From IMG/VR virus record IMGVR_UViG_3300009678_000003: a stretch of DNA of 20,000 nt. One strand, given 5' to 3'. Shown here piece by piece: positions 8,831-16,206 of the stretch. The stretch is from an uncultured virus (IMG/VR IMGVR_UViG_3300009678_000003) (taxonomy: Duplodnaviria; Heunggongvirae; Uroviricota; Caudoviricetes). Position numbers and translations under genes: made by a program. Under the pieces are notes generated by a model, which saw only the letters and a list, made by a program, of their open reading frames with translations, had not been told where the DNA came from and made no database searches. How positions within the stretch are numbered: position 1 is the stretch's first letter; each line of letters opens with the position of its first letter.

Positions 8831-8973
8831 GTTGTTTCTCCTTGTTGAGATTTGATCGCGTCGGCTTTCGCTGCGCTGCCACCGAAGAGGCAACCGGACC
8901 CGTTAGCAGTTAGCTCGTTGTCTCGTTTCCTATCGGTGGCCCGCTGTGCTTTGCCGTCGTTCATCATGGGAAT

Positions 8974-9002
8974 ACTATACTTTCGTCGGAATAGATTGTC
9001 AA
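8974..9002 (-). promoter_or_regulatory. Near-consensus sigma70-type promoter driving the reverse cassette
   Basis: On the - strand: TTGACA (9002-8997), a 17-nt spacer, then TATAGT (8979-8974). Predicted +1 is about 8967. Confidence 0.85.
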
Positions 9003-9042
9003 CAGAAATCGACGCTAGGAACGAATTATTTTTGCTTCCGTC

Positions 9043-9055
9043 TAACCTATTGATT
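9043..9055. promoter_or_regulatory. IHF-consensus-like site
   Basis: TAACCTATTGATT matches YAANNNNTTGATW exactly and lies about 40 bp upstream of the -35 box. Confidence 0.45.
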
Positions 9056-9068
9056 CTTTAGGAGCAAC

Positions 9069-10076
9069 ATGGCGCGAGTAGGAGACTGGGGATTCGAGGG
9101 CGGGCATGACTTGATGTTTTCCTCAATGGCCGGTATCTCGGTCACAACCCTTGGGGCGATCACCGGTCAATATGGAGTCCAAGGCAATCTCGGTCCGGGT
9201 GGTGCTGCCGCTGTGCTGCCGTTTCCGGCTGCTTTGTCTGAGTTCTTTATCGGGCTAAACTTACGGTCTACGAGCTACAGCACTACTGGGGCGCTGTTTG
9301 GATGGCGCAAGACGGGTACGATACTTGGCAGCATCCGGCAGACCGCTGGCAGGCAATTAACGCTCTACGTTGGCGCTTCTCTGGTCGCGACGGGAACGAA
9401 GGTCTTAGTAGACAATCAGACTTACAATTTCCAACTCGGCATCAAGATCCACGATTCCACCGGCTACGTTACCCTAAAGGTCGATGGCGTCACCGATATC
9501 AATTACACGGCGTCGGACACGAAGCCCGGAGCCGATGCAGATGTCAACGAGTGGCAGTTAGGGAACGCGGGCATCGCAGCCGGAGGCGGAATCGGGAACT
9601 ATGACGACCTAATCCTGAACGACACGACCGGCGGCGTTAATAATTCATTCCCAGGAATCCGCTATTTCTACCCGGCTCTTCCAACCGGCGACAGCGCAAC
9701 AAATAACGCTTTGTCTCGCTCTACTGGCTCAAACGGCTGGGCCCTGGTCGATGAACGGCCGCACAACATCACGGATTATGTATTCAGTGGCACCAATGGC
9801 CAGCAGCAAGGATTCACCCATGCGGCCTCGGGCGTGCCGGCTGCCAGCATCGTCAAGTCTGTCAGGTTCGATTACATCGCCTGGATGATCTCTTCGGGTC
9901 AACTCAAGGTAGGCACGAAGTCTGGCTCGACCGAGGACTTGAGCGCGGCTCAAAGTCTCGGGATTTCTCCAACCGTGCTGACGGCCTATTACGAAAACGA
10001 TCCTGACACCGCCGCGGCCTGGGCCAGCATTGCCGCCGCCGATGCGGCTGAATCCCTGGTTGAGTCGGTCATCTAG
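9069..10076 (+). CDS. Putative virion structural protein (beta-sandwich/lectin-like)
   Basis: 335 aa, G/T/S-rich, with an AGGAG RBS. Motifs such as VTLKVDGV and YDDLILNDTTG...W. Located at the end of the tail module. Confidence 0.65.
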   Translation: MARVGDWGFEGGHDLMFSSMAGISVTTLGAITGQYGVQGNLGPGGAAAVLPFPAALSEFFIGLNLRSTSYSTTGALFGWRKTGTILGSIRQTAGRQLTLYVGASLVATGTKVLVDNQTYNFQLGIKIHDSTGYVTLKVDGVTDINYTASDTKPGADADVNEWQLGNAGIAAGGGIGNYDDLILNDTTGGVNNSFPGIRYFYPALPTGDSATNNALSRSTGSNGWALVDERPHNITDYVFSGTNGQQQGFTHAASGVPAASIVKSVRFDYIAWMISSGQLKVGTKSGSTEDLSAAQSLGISPTVLTAYYENDPDTAAAWASIAAADAAESLVESVI

Positions 10077-10078
10077 CG

Positions 10079-10258
10079 ATGGCGGAAGTAGATCTCACAC
10101 AGGTAATCAAGAATCTCGAAGTTGAGGTTAACGAGCTTCGGCTGACTCAGGTAATAAAGCATCTTGAAGTCGAGTCGCTGCAAATCAATCTGACGCAGGT
10201 GATGAAGACTATTGAAGTTGAGATCCCTTTCGACGATGACTTTGCTTGGGTGTCCTAG
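10079..10258 (+). CDS. 59-aa protein with three LTQVxKxLEVE repeats (absent from the ORF track)
   Basis: MAEVDLTQVIKNLEVEVNELRLTQVIKHLEVESLQINLTQVMKTIEVEIPFDDDFAWVS-stop. It fills the gap between 10076 and 10270. Confidence 0.8.
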   Translation: MAEVDLTQVIKNLEVEVNELRLTQVIKHLEVESLQINLTQVMKTIEVEIPFDDDFAWVS

Positions 10259-10269
10259 GGGAAAAGGAA

Positions 10270-10749
10270 ATGACATTCGTACTCGGAAAACGGTCGAGGG
10301 CAGAACTGGTCGGTGTCCATCCTGACCTAGTCCGTGTCGTCAAGCGTGCTTTGGAGTTAACCACCGTTGACTTTGCGGTCCATGACGGCAAGCGCACACC
10401 AGAAGAACAAAAACGTTTGGTAGAGGCCGGGGCATCGCAGACTATGAAATCTCGGCACCTGACTGGACACGCCGTTGACCTCGTGCCCGTGATCAATGGC
10501 AAGCTGCGCTGGGAGTGGCCGCCAATCTATACGATTGCCCGAGCCATGAAGCAGGCAGCGGTTGAACTGTCCATCCCGATCCGCTGGGGCGGGTGTTGGA
10601 GCAGGCTGAACACCCTTGACGAGCCGCTAGAGGATCGGGTTGCGGATTACGTTCAGACGCGGCGAGCACTAGGGAAGAGCTCCTTTCTGGACGGCCCCCA
10701 TATGGAGCTGCCGATTGATTCCTATCCTGAAACCCTAACGGGGAGTTAA
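10270..10749 (+). CDS. Endolysin, peptidase M15 family (L-Ala-D-Glu peptidase-like)
   Basis: LVGVHPDL, GKRTPEEQ, SRHLTGHAVDL (HxxxxxxD zinc ligands), IRWGGCW and DGPHMEL. AAGGA RBS before the ATG at 10270. Confidence 0.92.
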   Translation: MTFVLGKRSRAELVGVHPDLVRVVKRALELTTVDFAVHDGKRTPEEQKRLVEAGASQTMKSRHLTGHAVDLVPVINGKLRWEWPPIYTIARAMKQAAVELSIPIRWGGCWSRLNTLDEPLEDRVADYVQTRRALGKSSFLDGPHMELPIDSYPETLTGS

Positions 10750-10753
10750 AGAC

Positions 10754-10951
10754 ATGGCAGTGAATTCAGATATCGCCCACAGAGTATTGGACATACTGTC
10801 AGTGATCCTGATCACCGGCGTCGCCTACCTAGCACTGAGACTGACCGCCACAAAGTTTGATTCTGGAGAAAATCTGACCGTTTTGGCGCTGTTCTTAGGC
10901 GCCGTGGCAGACAAGCTCGGATTCCGGCTCTTGCACGGCAAGGTAAAATGA
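10754..10951 (+). CDS. Holin-like small protein with two transmembrane segments
   Basis: Two hydrophobic segments and a basic C-terminus. Immediately follows the endolysin. Confidence 0.55.
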   Translation: MAVNSDIAHRVLDILSVILITGVAYLALRLTATKFDSGENLTVLALFLGAVADKLGFRLLHGKVK

Positions 10952-10958
10952 CCGGCCT

Positions 10959-11339
10959 ATGCCAGAACCAAAAACGCAATGGTGGTTTCTAAAGCTAAGC
11001 TGGATTGGATCTGGCTGCATGTATTCTGGTGTGATCGTCGCGGCATATTCGTTCCTCATCCTAATCCGCTATATACGCAGCCCCGATGGCACCATCAAAC
11101 CCTTATGGTTCGGGCCACCCCCGGTAGCGTTTGAAACCGCCGCGCTGTTTGTGATTCTAGGGTTGTCCGTGTTCTGGGCTGGATGGGGATTAGGTTGGAT
11201 CGGGGATAGGCTCTTTCGAGATGACCCAGGGTATAAACATCGTGAGTTGACGTTGGTGGAGCAGGTGCAGGTAGTCATCGCAGTGCTGAGTTCAGCAGTC
11301 ATGCTCGTGTCCAGTATATTTGCCCTGTTGCGTCGGTGA
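10959..11339 (+). CDS. Membrane protein with about three transmembrane segments
   Basis: Three hydrophobic stretches. Part of the lysis-region gene run. Confidence 0.6.
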   Translation: MPEPKTQWWFLKLSWIGSGCMYSGVIVAAYSFLILIRYIRSPDGTIKPLWFGPPPVAFETAALFVILGLSVFWAGWGLGWIGDRLFRDDPGYKHRELTLVEQVQVVIAVLSSAVMLVSSIFALLRR

Positions 11340-11343
11340 GGAC

Positions 11344-11481
11344 ATGCCCGTGCAACCCACCGACGAAGAACTCCTCTTTCCCTGCGTCGTTTGCGGGGAC
11401 GAGTCGGACGCGATGATTTGCGATAAATGCTGGGAGGACTACAAGCGGATCGCAGGCCTATCTAATGGCCAACATGAGTAG
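11344..11481 (+). CDS. 45-aa CxxC...CxxC zinc-ribbon microprotein (absent from the ORF track)
   Basis: GAGG RBS, then MPVQPTDEELLFPCVVCGDESDAMICDKCWEDYKRIAGLSNGQHE-stop. Confidence 0.6.
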   Translation: MPVQPTDEELLFPCVVCGDESDAMICDKCWEDYKRIAGLSNGQHE

Positions 11482-11504
11482 GGCCTTCTAAGGGGGTACG
11501 CATC

Positions 11505-12284
11505 TTGACTGAAGATCCCATATCTAGACCAATTATCAATCCTGATCCGACTCCACTCACAACCCAAGCTCTCTGGCGAGAGATTGCCGCTCTCAAGGAG
11601 TTGTTCGAGACACGCCTACAAGCCGTAGAAACCGGAATCGAGGTTGCGCATGGAGACCTTGTGCGGTTCCCGACTGAGGTTCAGAAACAGATTGCTAACC
11701 TCAAAGAGTTACACGACAGCAAGATTTTGTGCAATGAGCACGAGGTGGGTCTTATTCGTCAGGTCATTGAGACTAGACTCGACGGCATGGATAAAGCGAT
11801 GCAGTTGCTGCAAGCTATTGCAGACGCATTTCCGGCTCGCATCGACGAAAAGATTCAATCACTGGAAAAGGTTCACGAAGAGAAGTTTAGAAGCATCGGG
11901 GTTCAGTTTGTAGAACGAGATACTCGGACGGAGCAGACCTCGCGTGACAGCAAGGTCGCAGTGGACGCTGCTCTTCAGGCGGCCAAAGAAGCAGTGGGAG
12001 AGCAGAATCGGTCCAGCGCTCTGGCGATTGCCAAGAGCGAAGCCGCAACGGCAAAACAGATTGACCAGCAAGGACTGCTTATTTCTACGACTGCGAAAGC
12101 GTCCGATGAAAAGATCGACGATCTAAAGGAACGGCTGACAAGAATCGAAGGCACCGGGACAGGAGCGGCTGGAGCTCGGGCTACTCAGCAAACTTCAAAC
12201 AGTTTCATGGTTGCAGTGGTTTTCGGTTTCTGCGGAGTGTTGGTAGGCATTGTCACACTGATCGCCCGCTTCGCCGGCAGATGA
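11505..12284 (+). CDS. Coiled-coil protein with a C-terminal transmembrane anchor
   Basis: 259 aa with long heptad-rich helices and a hydrophobic C-terminus (FMVAVVFGFCGVLVGIVTLI). TTG start. Confidence 0.75.
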   Translation: MTEDPISRPIINPDPTPLTTQALWREIAALKELFETRLQAVETGIEVAHGDLVRFPTEVQKQIANLKELHDSKILCNEHEVGLIRQVIETRLDGMDKAMQLLQAIADAFPARIDEKIQSLEKVHEEKFRSIGVQFVERDTRTEQTSRDSKVAVDAALQAAKEAVGEQNRSSALAIAKSEAATAKQIDQQGLLISTTAKASDEKIDDLKERLTRIEGTGTGAAGARATQQTSNSFMVAVVFGFCGVLVGIVTLIARFAGR

Positions 12285-12359
12285 GCCGCTCCACCGACTA
12301 CTTCATCATCGCCGTGCTCGCCGGGCTGGTGATTGCCGGGCTGTTGATGGTGAAGTGCT

Positions 12360-12815
12360 GATTCTCTCTTAGTTTCTAAAGAATAAGCACCTAAGGAAAC
12401 GGGGAGGTATTTTGGCGAAGGACTCCCTACAAAACGTCCCTCGCCTGACTGCACCTTGAGGTGTCCGGGTGTGGTCAATGGCCCCAGTGACAGTTATGAT
12501 TGCACTGGATTGAGCAGACTATTCGAGGCATCAAACGCCCACGCTTCCCGCGCTCTACTCTTTCGGACTCACGCTGCGCCCTTGGGATTCCCTACTTGGC
12601 GCCATACCTGTTCAGTCGCTGGCAGGGTCCGCGTCCTTTGCTGAACAGTATTCAGTTGTAAAAACAAAAAAGCCTGTTCTTTGAAGAAAGGCCGGCCGGG
12701 CAGAAGTCTTACTCTTGGGTGATAAAGCCAAGAGAGCCGAGCCTTTCATCGAAAAACAGGCTTAGGTTGCTTCTGCCCCTGCTGTTTACTGCGTCGATCT
12801 ATCAACTTCGACGGG
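12360..12815 (-). ncRNA. Putative structured non-coding RNA or regulatory leader
   Basis: No convincing ORF. Many inverted repeats: 12414-12445, 12484-12508, 12670-12763 and 12792-12813. A putative - strand promoter lies upstream. Confidence 0.5.
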
Positions 12816-12818
12816 TCA

Positions 12819-12848
12819 AGATTAGCGAACCCTGCATCACTTTAGCAA
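12819..12848 (-). promoter_or_regulatory. Putative sigma70-type promoter for the non-coding island
   Basis: On the - strand: TTGCTA (12848-12843), an 18-nt spacer, then TAATCT (12824-12819). Confidence 0.45.
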
Positions 12849-12873
12849 GAAAAAAATAGCACAAGGAGAAACC

Positions 12874-13188
12874 GTGGCCCCTCGCGTTTGGCACTCTTTT
12901 GATACTGTCGACTGGTTCAGAGTAAGCATCTTCATAGCGGCGGTCAGCGTTTTTTGGGCCACGATGGTCGCAGTTATCCCAGACCCTTACGCCAAATGGG
13001 TGTCCACTTTTCTTCTAGGCGTTTCAAATGCCGTGGCTCTGATGCTTCGCTCCGGCAAATCCCGTGTGGAAAAAATTGGGGATAAGTTTGAAGAGCTGGA
13101 GACCAAGAAAGAGGAAACGCGCGTGGAAATAACCGAGCTTCTTTCGAACGAAGCCAAAGAGAAGGCCGAGCAGGCCGAGAAAAAATAG
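12874..13188 (+). CDS. Holin-like membrane protein with two transmembrane segments and a charged C-terminal tail
   Basis: AAGGAG RBS and GTG start. Two hydrophobic helices, then an E/K-rich tail. Confidence 0.6.
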   Translation: MAPRVWHSFDTVDWFRVSIFIAAVSVFWATMVAVIPDPYAKWVSTFLLGVSNAVALMLRSGKSRVEKIGDKFEELETKKEETRVEITELLSNEAKEKAEQAEKK

Positions 13189-13196
13189 GAGGGTTT

Positions 13197-13400
13197 ATGG
13201 TTTCAGGAGATGTGCTTCTATCGTTGCTGGTTCAACTGGTAATAGCAGGGCTGATCTTCTGGCTCATTTGGTGGTTCATCGACTACGTGAAGGTGCCAGA
13301 GCCATTCAACAAGGTCATCCGGGTGATCCTCGGAGTGGTTGTGCTGGTCTACCTCATCAATATTCTGCTGGGTCTGAGCGGCCGACCGCTGATCAGGTGA
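13197..13400 (+). CDS. Small membrane protein with two transmembrane segments
   Basis: AGGAGG RBS. TM - VPEPFNKVIR - TM architecture. Confidence 0.75.
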   Translation: MVSGDVLLSLLVQLVIAGLIFWLIWWFIDYVKVPEPFNKVIRVILGVVVLVYLINILLGLSGRPLIR

Positions 13401-13510
13401 GCTTAATTGCTCATCCTTGCCAAAAATAACGGAGTAAGCTATCAACGCAATCAAACTTCTCCAACGACGCTAGCCCGGCAGGGCGGCGTGTTCAATGGAG
13501 CCAAAGAAGT

Positions 13511-13557
13511 AAAGAGAGGGCTGTCACCGTATACGGCGGTGGGAGCCCTTTCTTTTT
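13511..13557 (+). terminator. Terminator-like hairpin, possibly bidirectional
   Basis: AAAGAGAGGGCT-GTCACCG...CGGTGG-GAGCCCTTTCTTTTT. Confidence 0.5.
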
Positions 13558-13576
13558 GGAATAAGAGGAGGTGAGA

Positions 13577-13927
13577 ATGGCAAAAGAACAACCAGACAAG
13601 AAAGGCCTGTTCGGTTTCGGAGGCGGTGAGGAAAAAAAACTGCTGAAGGAACTCAAGGCCGAGGTCGTGCAACTCAAGTCTGAAGTTCAGAAACTAGGTG
13701 GAGCTGTCAGCGAGTTGTCGAAAGTCGTTGGCGAGGGGAAGCCGATCGACGTTCAATTCTCGTGGCCGATGGATCACGAGTTGTTGCAGATCGTGAAGGA
13801 CATCCAGGCGCGTCTGCCCGCAGCAGACTCCGCGACGAAGGAACAGATTGACCAGATTTTAGGACCAGCGGTAGCCGGTTTGGGAGAAGTAGGCAAGGAG
13901 GCGCCGCCCGTTGACCCACAACCTTAG
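13577..13927 (+). CDS. Hypothetical coiled-coil protein
   Basis: GAGGAGG RBS before the ATG at 13577. Confidence 0.75.
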   Translation: MAKEQPDKKGLFGFGGGEEKKLLKELKAEVVQLKSEVQKLGGAVSELSKVVGEGKPIDVQFSWPMDHELLQIVKDIQARLPAADSATKEQIDQILGPAVAGLGEVGKEAPPVDPQP

Positions 13928-14009
13928 ATAGAGGAACTGGGTAGAGATTCCTGCACCTGCCCAGAAGTAGAAACAAGTCAGGAATCATTTCAAAAAAAGG
14001 AGAATCATC

Positions 14010-14246
14010 ATGGCAACAGAAACTCTGCAGGGATACGCAGATCAGATCAACACCGAGACCAATCGCATTGGGGCTCTTTTGCAGTCCAAGGAAGCAGCCC
14101 TGGCTGCGGCCTCGACCGTGGAAGAGGTTCACGCAGTTCTGGGTCCAGTCTTGATCCCGCTACAGGCGTTAGGCAAGACAGTCGAGCCGGTTCCAGTTCC
14201 AGATCCGGACCCCCCGGTTGATCCGGCTTCCTCTCGCCGACGGTAA
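14010..14246 (+). CDS. Hypothetical protein with a Pro-rich C-terminus
   Basis: AAGGAG RBS, 78 aa, followed by a terminator. Confidence 0.75.
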   Translation: MATETLQGYADQINTETNRIGALLQSKEAALAAASTVEEVHAVLGPVLIPLQALGKTVEPVPVPDPDPPVDPASSRRR

Positions 14247-14253
14247 CAACCTC

Positions 14254-14279
14254 AGCCCGGTCGCAAGGCCGGGCTTTTT
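14254..14279 (+). terminator. Rho-independent terminator
   Basis: AGCCCGGTC-GCAA-GGCCGGGCT-TTTT: a GC-rich stem with a GNRA loop and a U tract. Confidence 0.85.
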
Positions 14280-14288
14280 CATCCTCCC

Positions 14289-15167
14289 ATGAACTATCGA
14301 ACGGCCAGACAAGTCTTGGGCACCCATTCAGCTTCGACCTATACCGATATCAAGCAGGCGTTTCGAAGGAAGGCAAAGGAATTACATCCAGATCACAATC
14401 CTAGCCCAACAGCCGCCGCCAGGTTTGCGACTTTGACACAAGCTCACAAGTTCCTGATGGAGTACCGTTCCCCGTTCCAATCCAGGCGCTATTCAGACAA
14501 GTCAACGCGCGCCCGGGGAATTCACAAGCGCCATCGGTGTTTTGCGCTAGTGCTTCGGCAGACGGCAGCATTGATTCTTATTCTTTGCGCCTCGGCTCTG
14601 GCCCAGACTGAGCCTTATCTGAATGTTGCTTGGGATCTAATACCGGCTACCGAGGGAGTGGCTGTCAATTACCGGGTTCAAACCACGGTCGGGAGCCTGC
14701 CGTTCATCACAGCGGCCGAGTGTGTCTTGCCGCCGTGCCTGGTGACTGGAATTGAGGCTTCGACCACCTACAAGATTCGAGTGGCCGGCATTGAAGCCAA
14801 CGGGACGGAAGGCGATTATTCTGACCCAATCAGCTTCAAGTTCTCATCGATTCAGCCCATTTCTCCAACGTCTTTGAGTGTTTCGTCGGCGACTAGCAGC
14901 CAGCCGGGGAAGATCACCAAACAACTATCCTGGTCAGCTACGACGAAGTTTAGAACTGGAGCTTTGTTTCCTGCTGGCTCAGTGGTCGAATATCGAGTTT
15001 ATCAAGCGGCGGGCAATGGACTTACGTTGGTTGTCTTCAATTCACTAGCAAATTCAATGACGGTCGATCTGGACAAAAATCGCAGCTATCAGTTCTGGGT
15101 CACTTGCATCGTCGATGGCGTGGAGTCTTTCACGTCGCCAGCAGTTCGTATCACCACTCAAACTTAG
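14289..15167 (+). CDS. J-domain (DnaJ-like) protein fused to a signal/TM segment and FN3-like domains
   Basis: IKQAFRRKAKELHPDHNP contains the HPD motif. AALILILCASALA is hydrophobic. FN3-like motifs are VAWD...YKIRVAG...YSDP and SYQFWVT. Confidence 0.75.
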   Translation: MNYRTARQVLGTHSASTYTDIKQAFRRKAKELHPDHNPSPTAAARFATLTQAHKFLMEYRSPFQSRRYSDKSTRARGIHKRHRCFALVLRQTAALILILCASALAQTEPYLNVAWDLIPATEGVAVNYRVQTTVGSLPFITAAECVLPPCLVTGIEASTTYKIRVAGIEANGTEGDYSDPISFKFSSIQPISPTSLSVSSATSSQPGKITKQLSWSATTKFRTGALFPAGSVVEYRVYQAAGNGLTLVVFNSLANSMTVDLDKNRSYQFWVTCIVDGVESFTSPAVRITTQT

Positions 15168-15180
15168 AAAGGAGAATCGC

Positions 15181-15528
15181 ATGGTTCCTAAATTCATCTT
15201 CGAGAATGGCGTTGTCAGGAATGAATTTGGCTACTGGTTAGATCTGAACGAGATCAAATCAAGTTATCCTTGGCTCAATGAGCCATTATTCCTGCTCCAT
15301 TGCGTCTATGAGGACTTTCAGAGAAAGAGTCATCCAGAGTGTATCATCAGCGGTGGCGACCAGGTTCTCGGGACCCGGTTCAACGTGTACGGTCTGCCCA
15401 AGGAGTTTGCGAACTCTTTGACAATGGAAGGGCAGGAGCTCCTACCGAAGTTGCAAGAGTACTTCGGAGAGCAGACAGTAGAAAACGTCAGCAAGAAGGT
15501 GGGCCAAAAAAAGGTTGGTGGGAAATGA
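15181..15528 (+). CDS. Hypothetical protein
   Basis: AAGGAG RBS before the ATG at 15181. ATGA overlap with the next gene. Confidence 0.7.
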   Translation: MVPKFIFENGVVRNEFGYWLDLNEIKSSYPWLNEPLFLLHCVYEDFQRKSHPECIISGGDQVLGTRFNVYGLPKEFANSLTMEGQELLPKLQEYFGEQTVENVSKKVGQKKVGGK

Positions 15529-15971
15529 AGATTCGTGTAAGACAGCAATTAGTCGCAGTGCTCTTGATACTCGTTCTCGCGGCCTGTAAGGATGAGTCGA
15601 TCCGCAAAGCCGCCCGTGCAAGCGACGACATGGCGGTGACGATTTCGCTCGCCATCGACACAAAGCGGCAGTTGGCATTGGCCGGACTACTGAAGCCAGA
15701 GGAAGAGATACCCTTGACGCTGGGCCTCCAGAAGGTCAATACCGCAGTGAAGGCTTTTTACCTCCAGGTCAAGAACACCAGCACGCTGGATCCGGCAGCC
15801 AAGAATCAGTTGCTGCTCTTGTTTTCCGGCATCACCACGTCAGTTGAAGAGCTGAATCAGCAGGGAGTCTTAGGCATCAGGAACGAGGAAGCAAAGACGA
15901 AGATCTCAGCGGTCCTGGCTGCGTTCACCACAGCGTTCGCGGCCATCCAGGTCGCATTGGGAGGTGCCTGA
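15525..15971 (+). CDS. Putative lipoprotein
   Basis: MKIRVRQQLVAVLLILVLAAC: basic N-terminus, hydrophobic region and an LAAC lipobox. Confidence 0.8.
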   Translation: MKIRVRQQLVAVLLILVLAACKDESIRKAARASDDMAVTISLAIDTKRQLALAGLLKPEEEIPLTLGLQKVNTAVKAFYLQVKNTSTLDPAAKNQLLLLFSGITTSVEELNQQGVLGIRNEEAKTKISAVLAAFTTAFAAIQVALGGA

Positions 15972-16159
15972 TGTCAGCACTCATTATTGCTCTACTACCA
16001 CTGATCACCAACCTGACTCCTGTGCTGGTTGCGGCGATCATGCGTATCAAGGCTCAAGGCGGCAAGACAACCGCCGAGATCATCGCTGACGCTGGCGTTA
16101 CTCTGGACGAGAACGATCGTAAGCTTATTGAGGACCTGGTTAGGCTTGGTGTGCTTTGA
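15971..16159 (+). CDS. Small hypothetical protein with a hydrophobic N-terminus
   Basis: GGAGG RBS and a TGATG overlap with the lipoprotein gene. Confidence 0.7.
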   Translation: MSALIIALLPLITNLTPVLVAAIMRIKAQGGKTTAEIIADAGVTLDENDRKLIEDLVRLGVL

Positions 16160-16206
16160 GGTAAGCGGGGCCTGTTTCAGCTCCAGCAGGATTGTAGGTT
16201 GGAGGT

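Noticed and set aside
8940..8948. Possible self-target: CACAGCGGG on the - strand equals spacer A (plus G) of the first array unit
   Set aside because: The adjacent sequence (CCACCGATA) does not match the expected spacer-B half (CACCTTAAA) in register. Several chance 9-mer matches are expected for 36 spacers in 20 kb.
8845..8960. c-di-GMP-I riboswitch (GGCAAA and GCGAAAGC-like words)
   Set aside because: The order and spacing of the motifs do not fit the two-stem GEMM consensus. It is retained only as a generic structured leader.
15115..15524. Longer ORF-track starts at 15115 and 15339 (likewise 5844, 10246 and 18387)
   Set aside because: Downstream starts at 15181, 15525, 5868, 10270 and 18249 have RBSs or stop/start coupling and avoid long overlaps.
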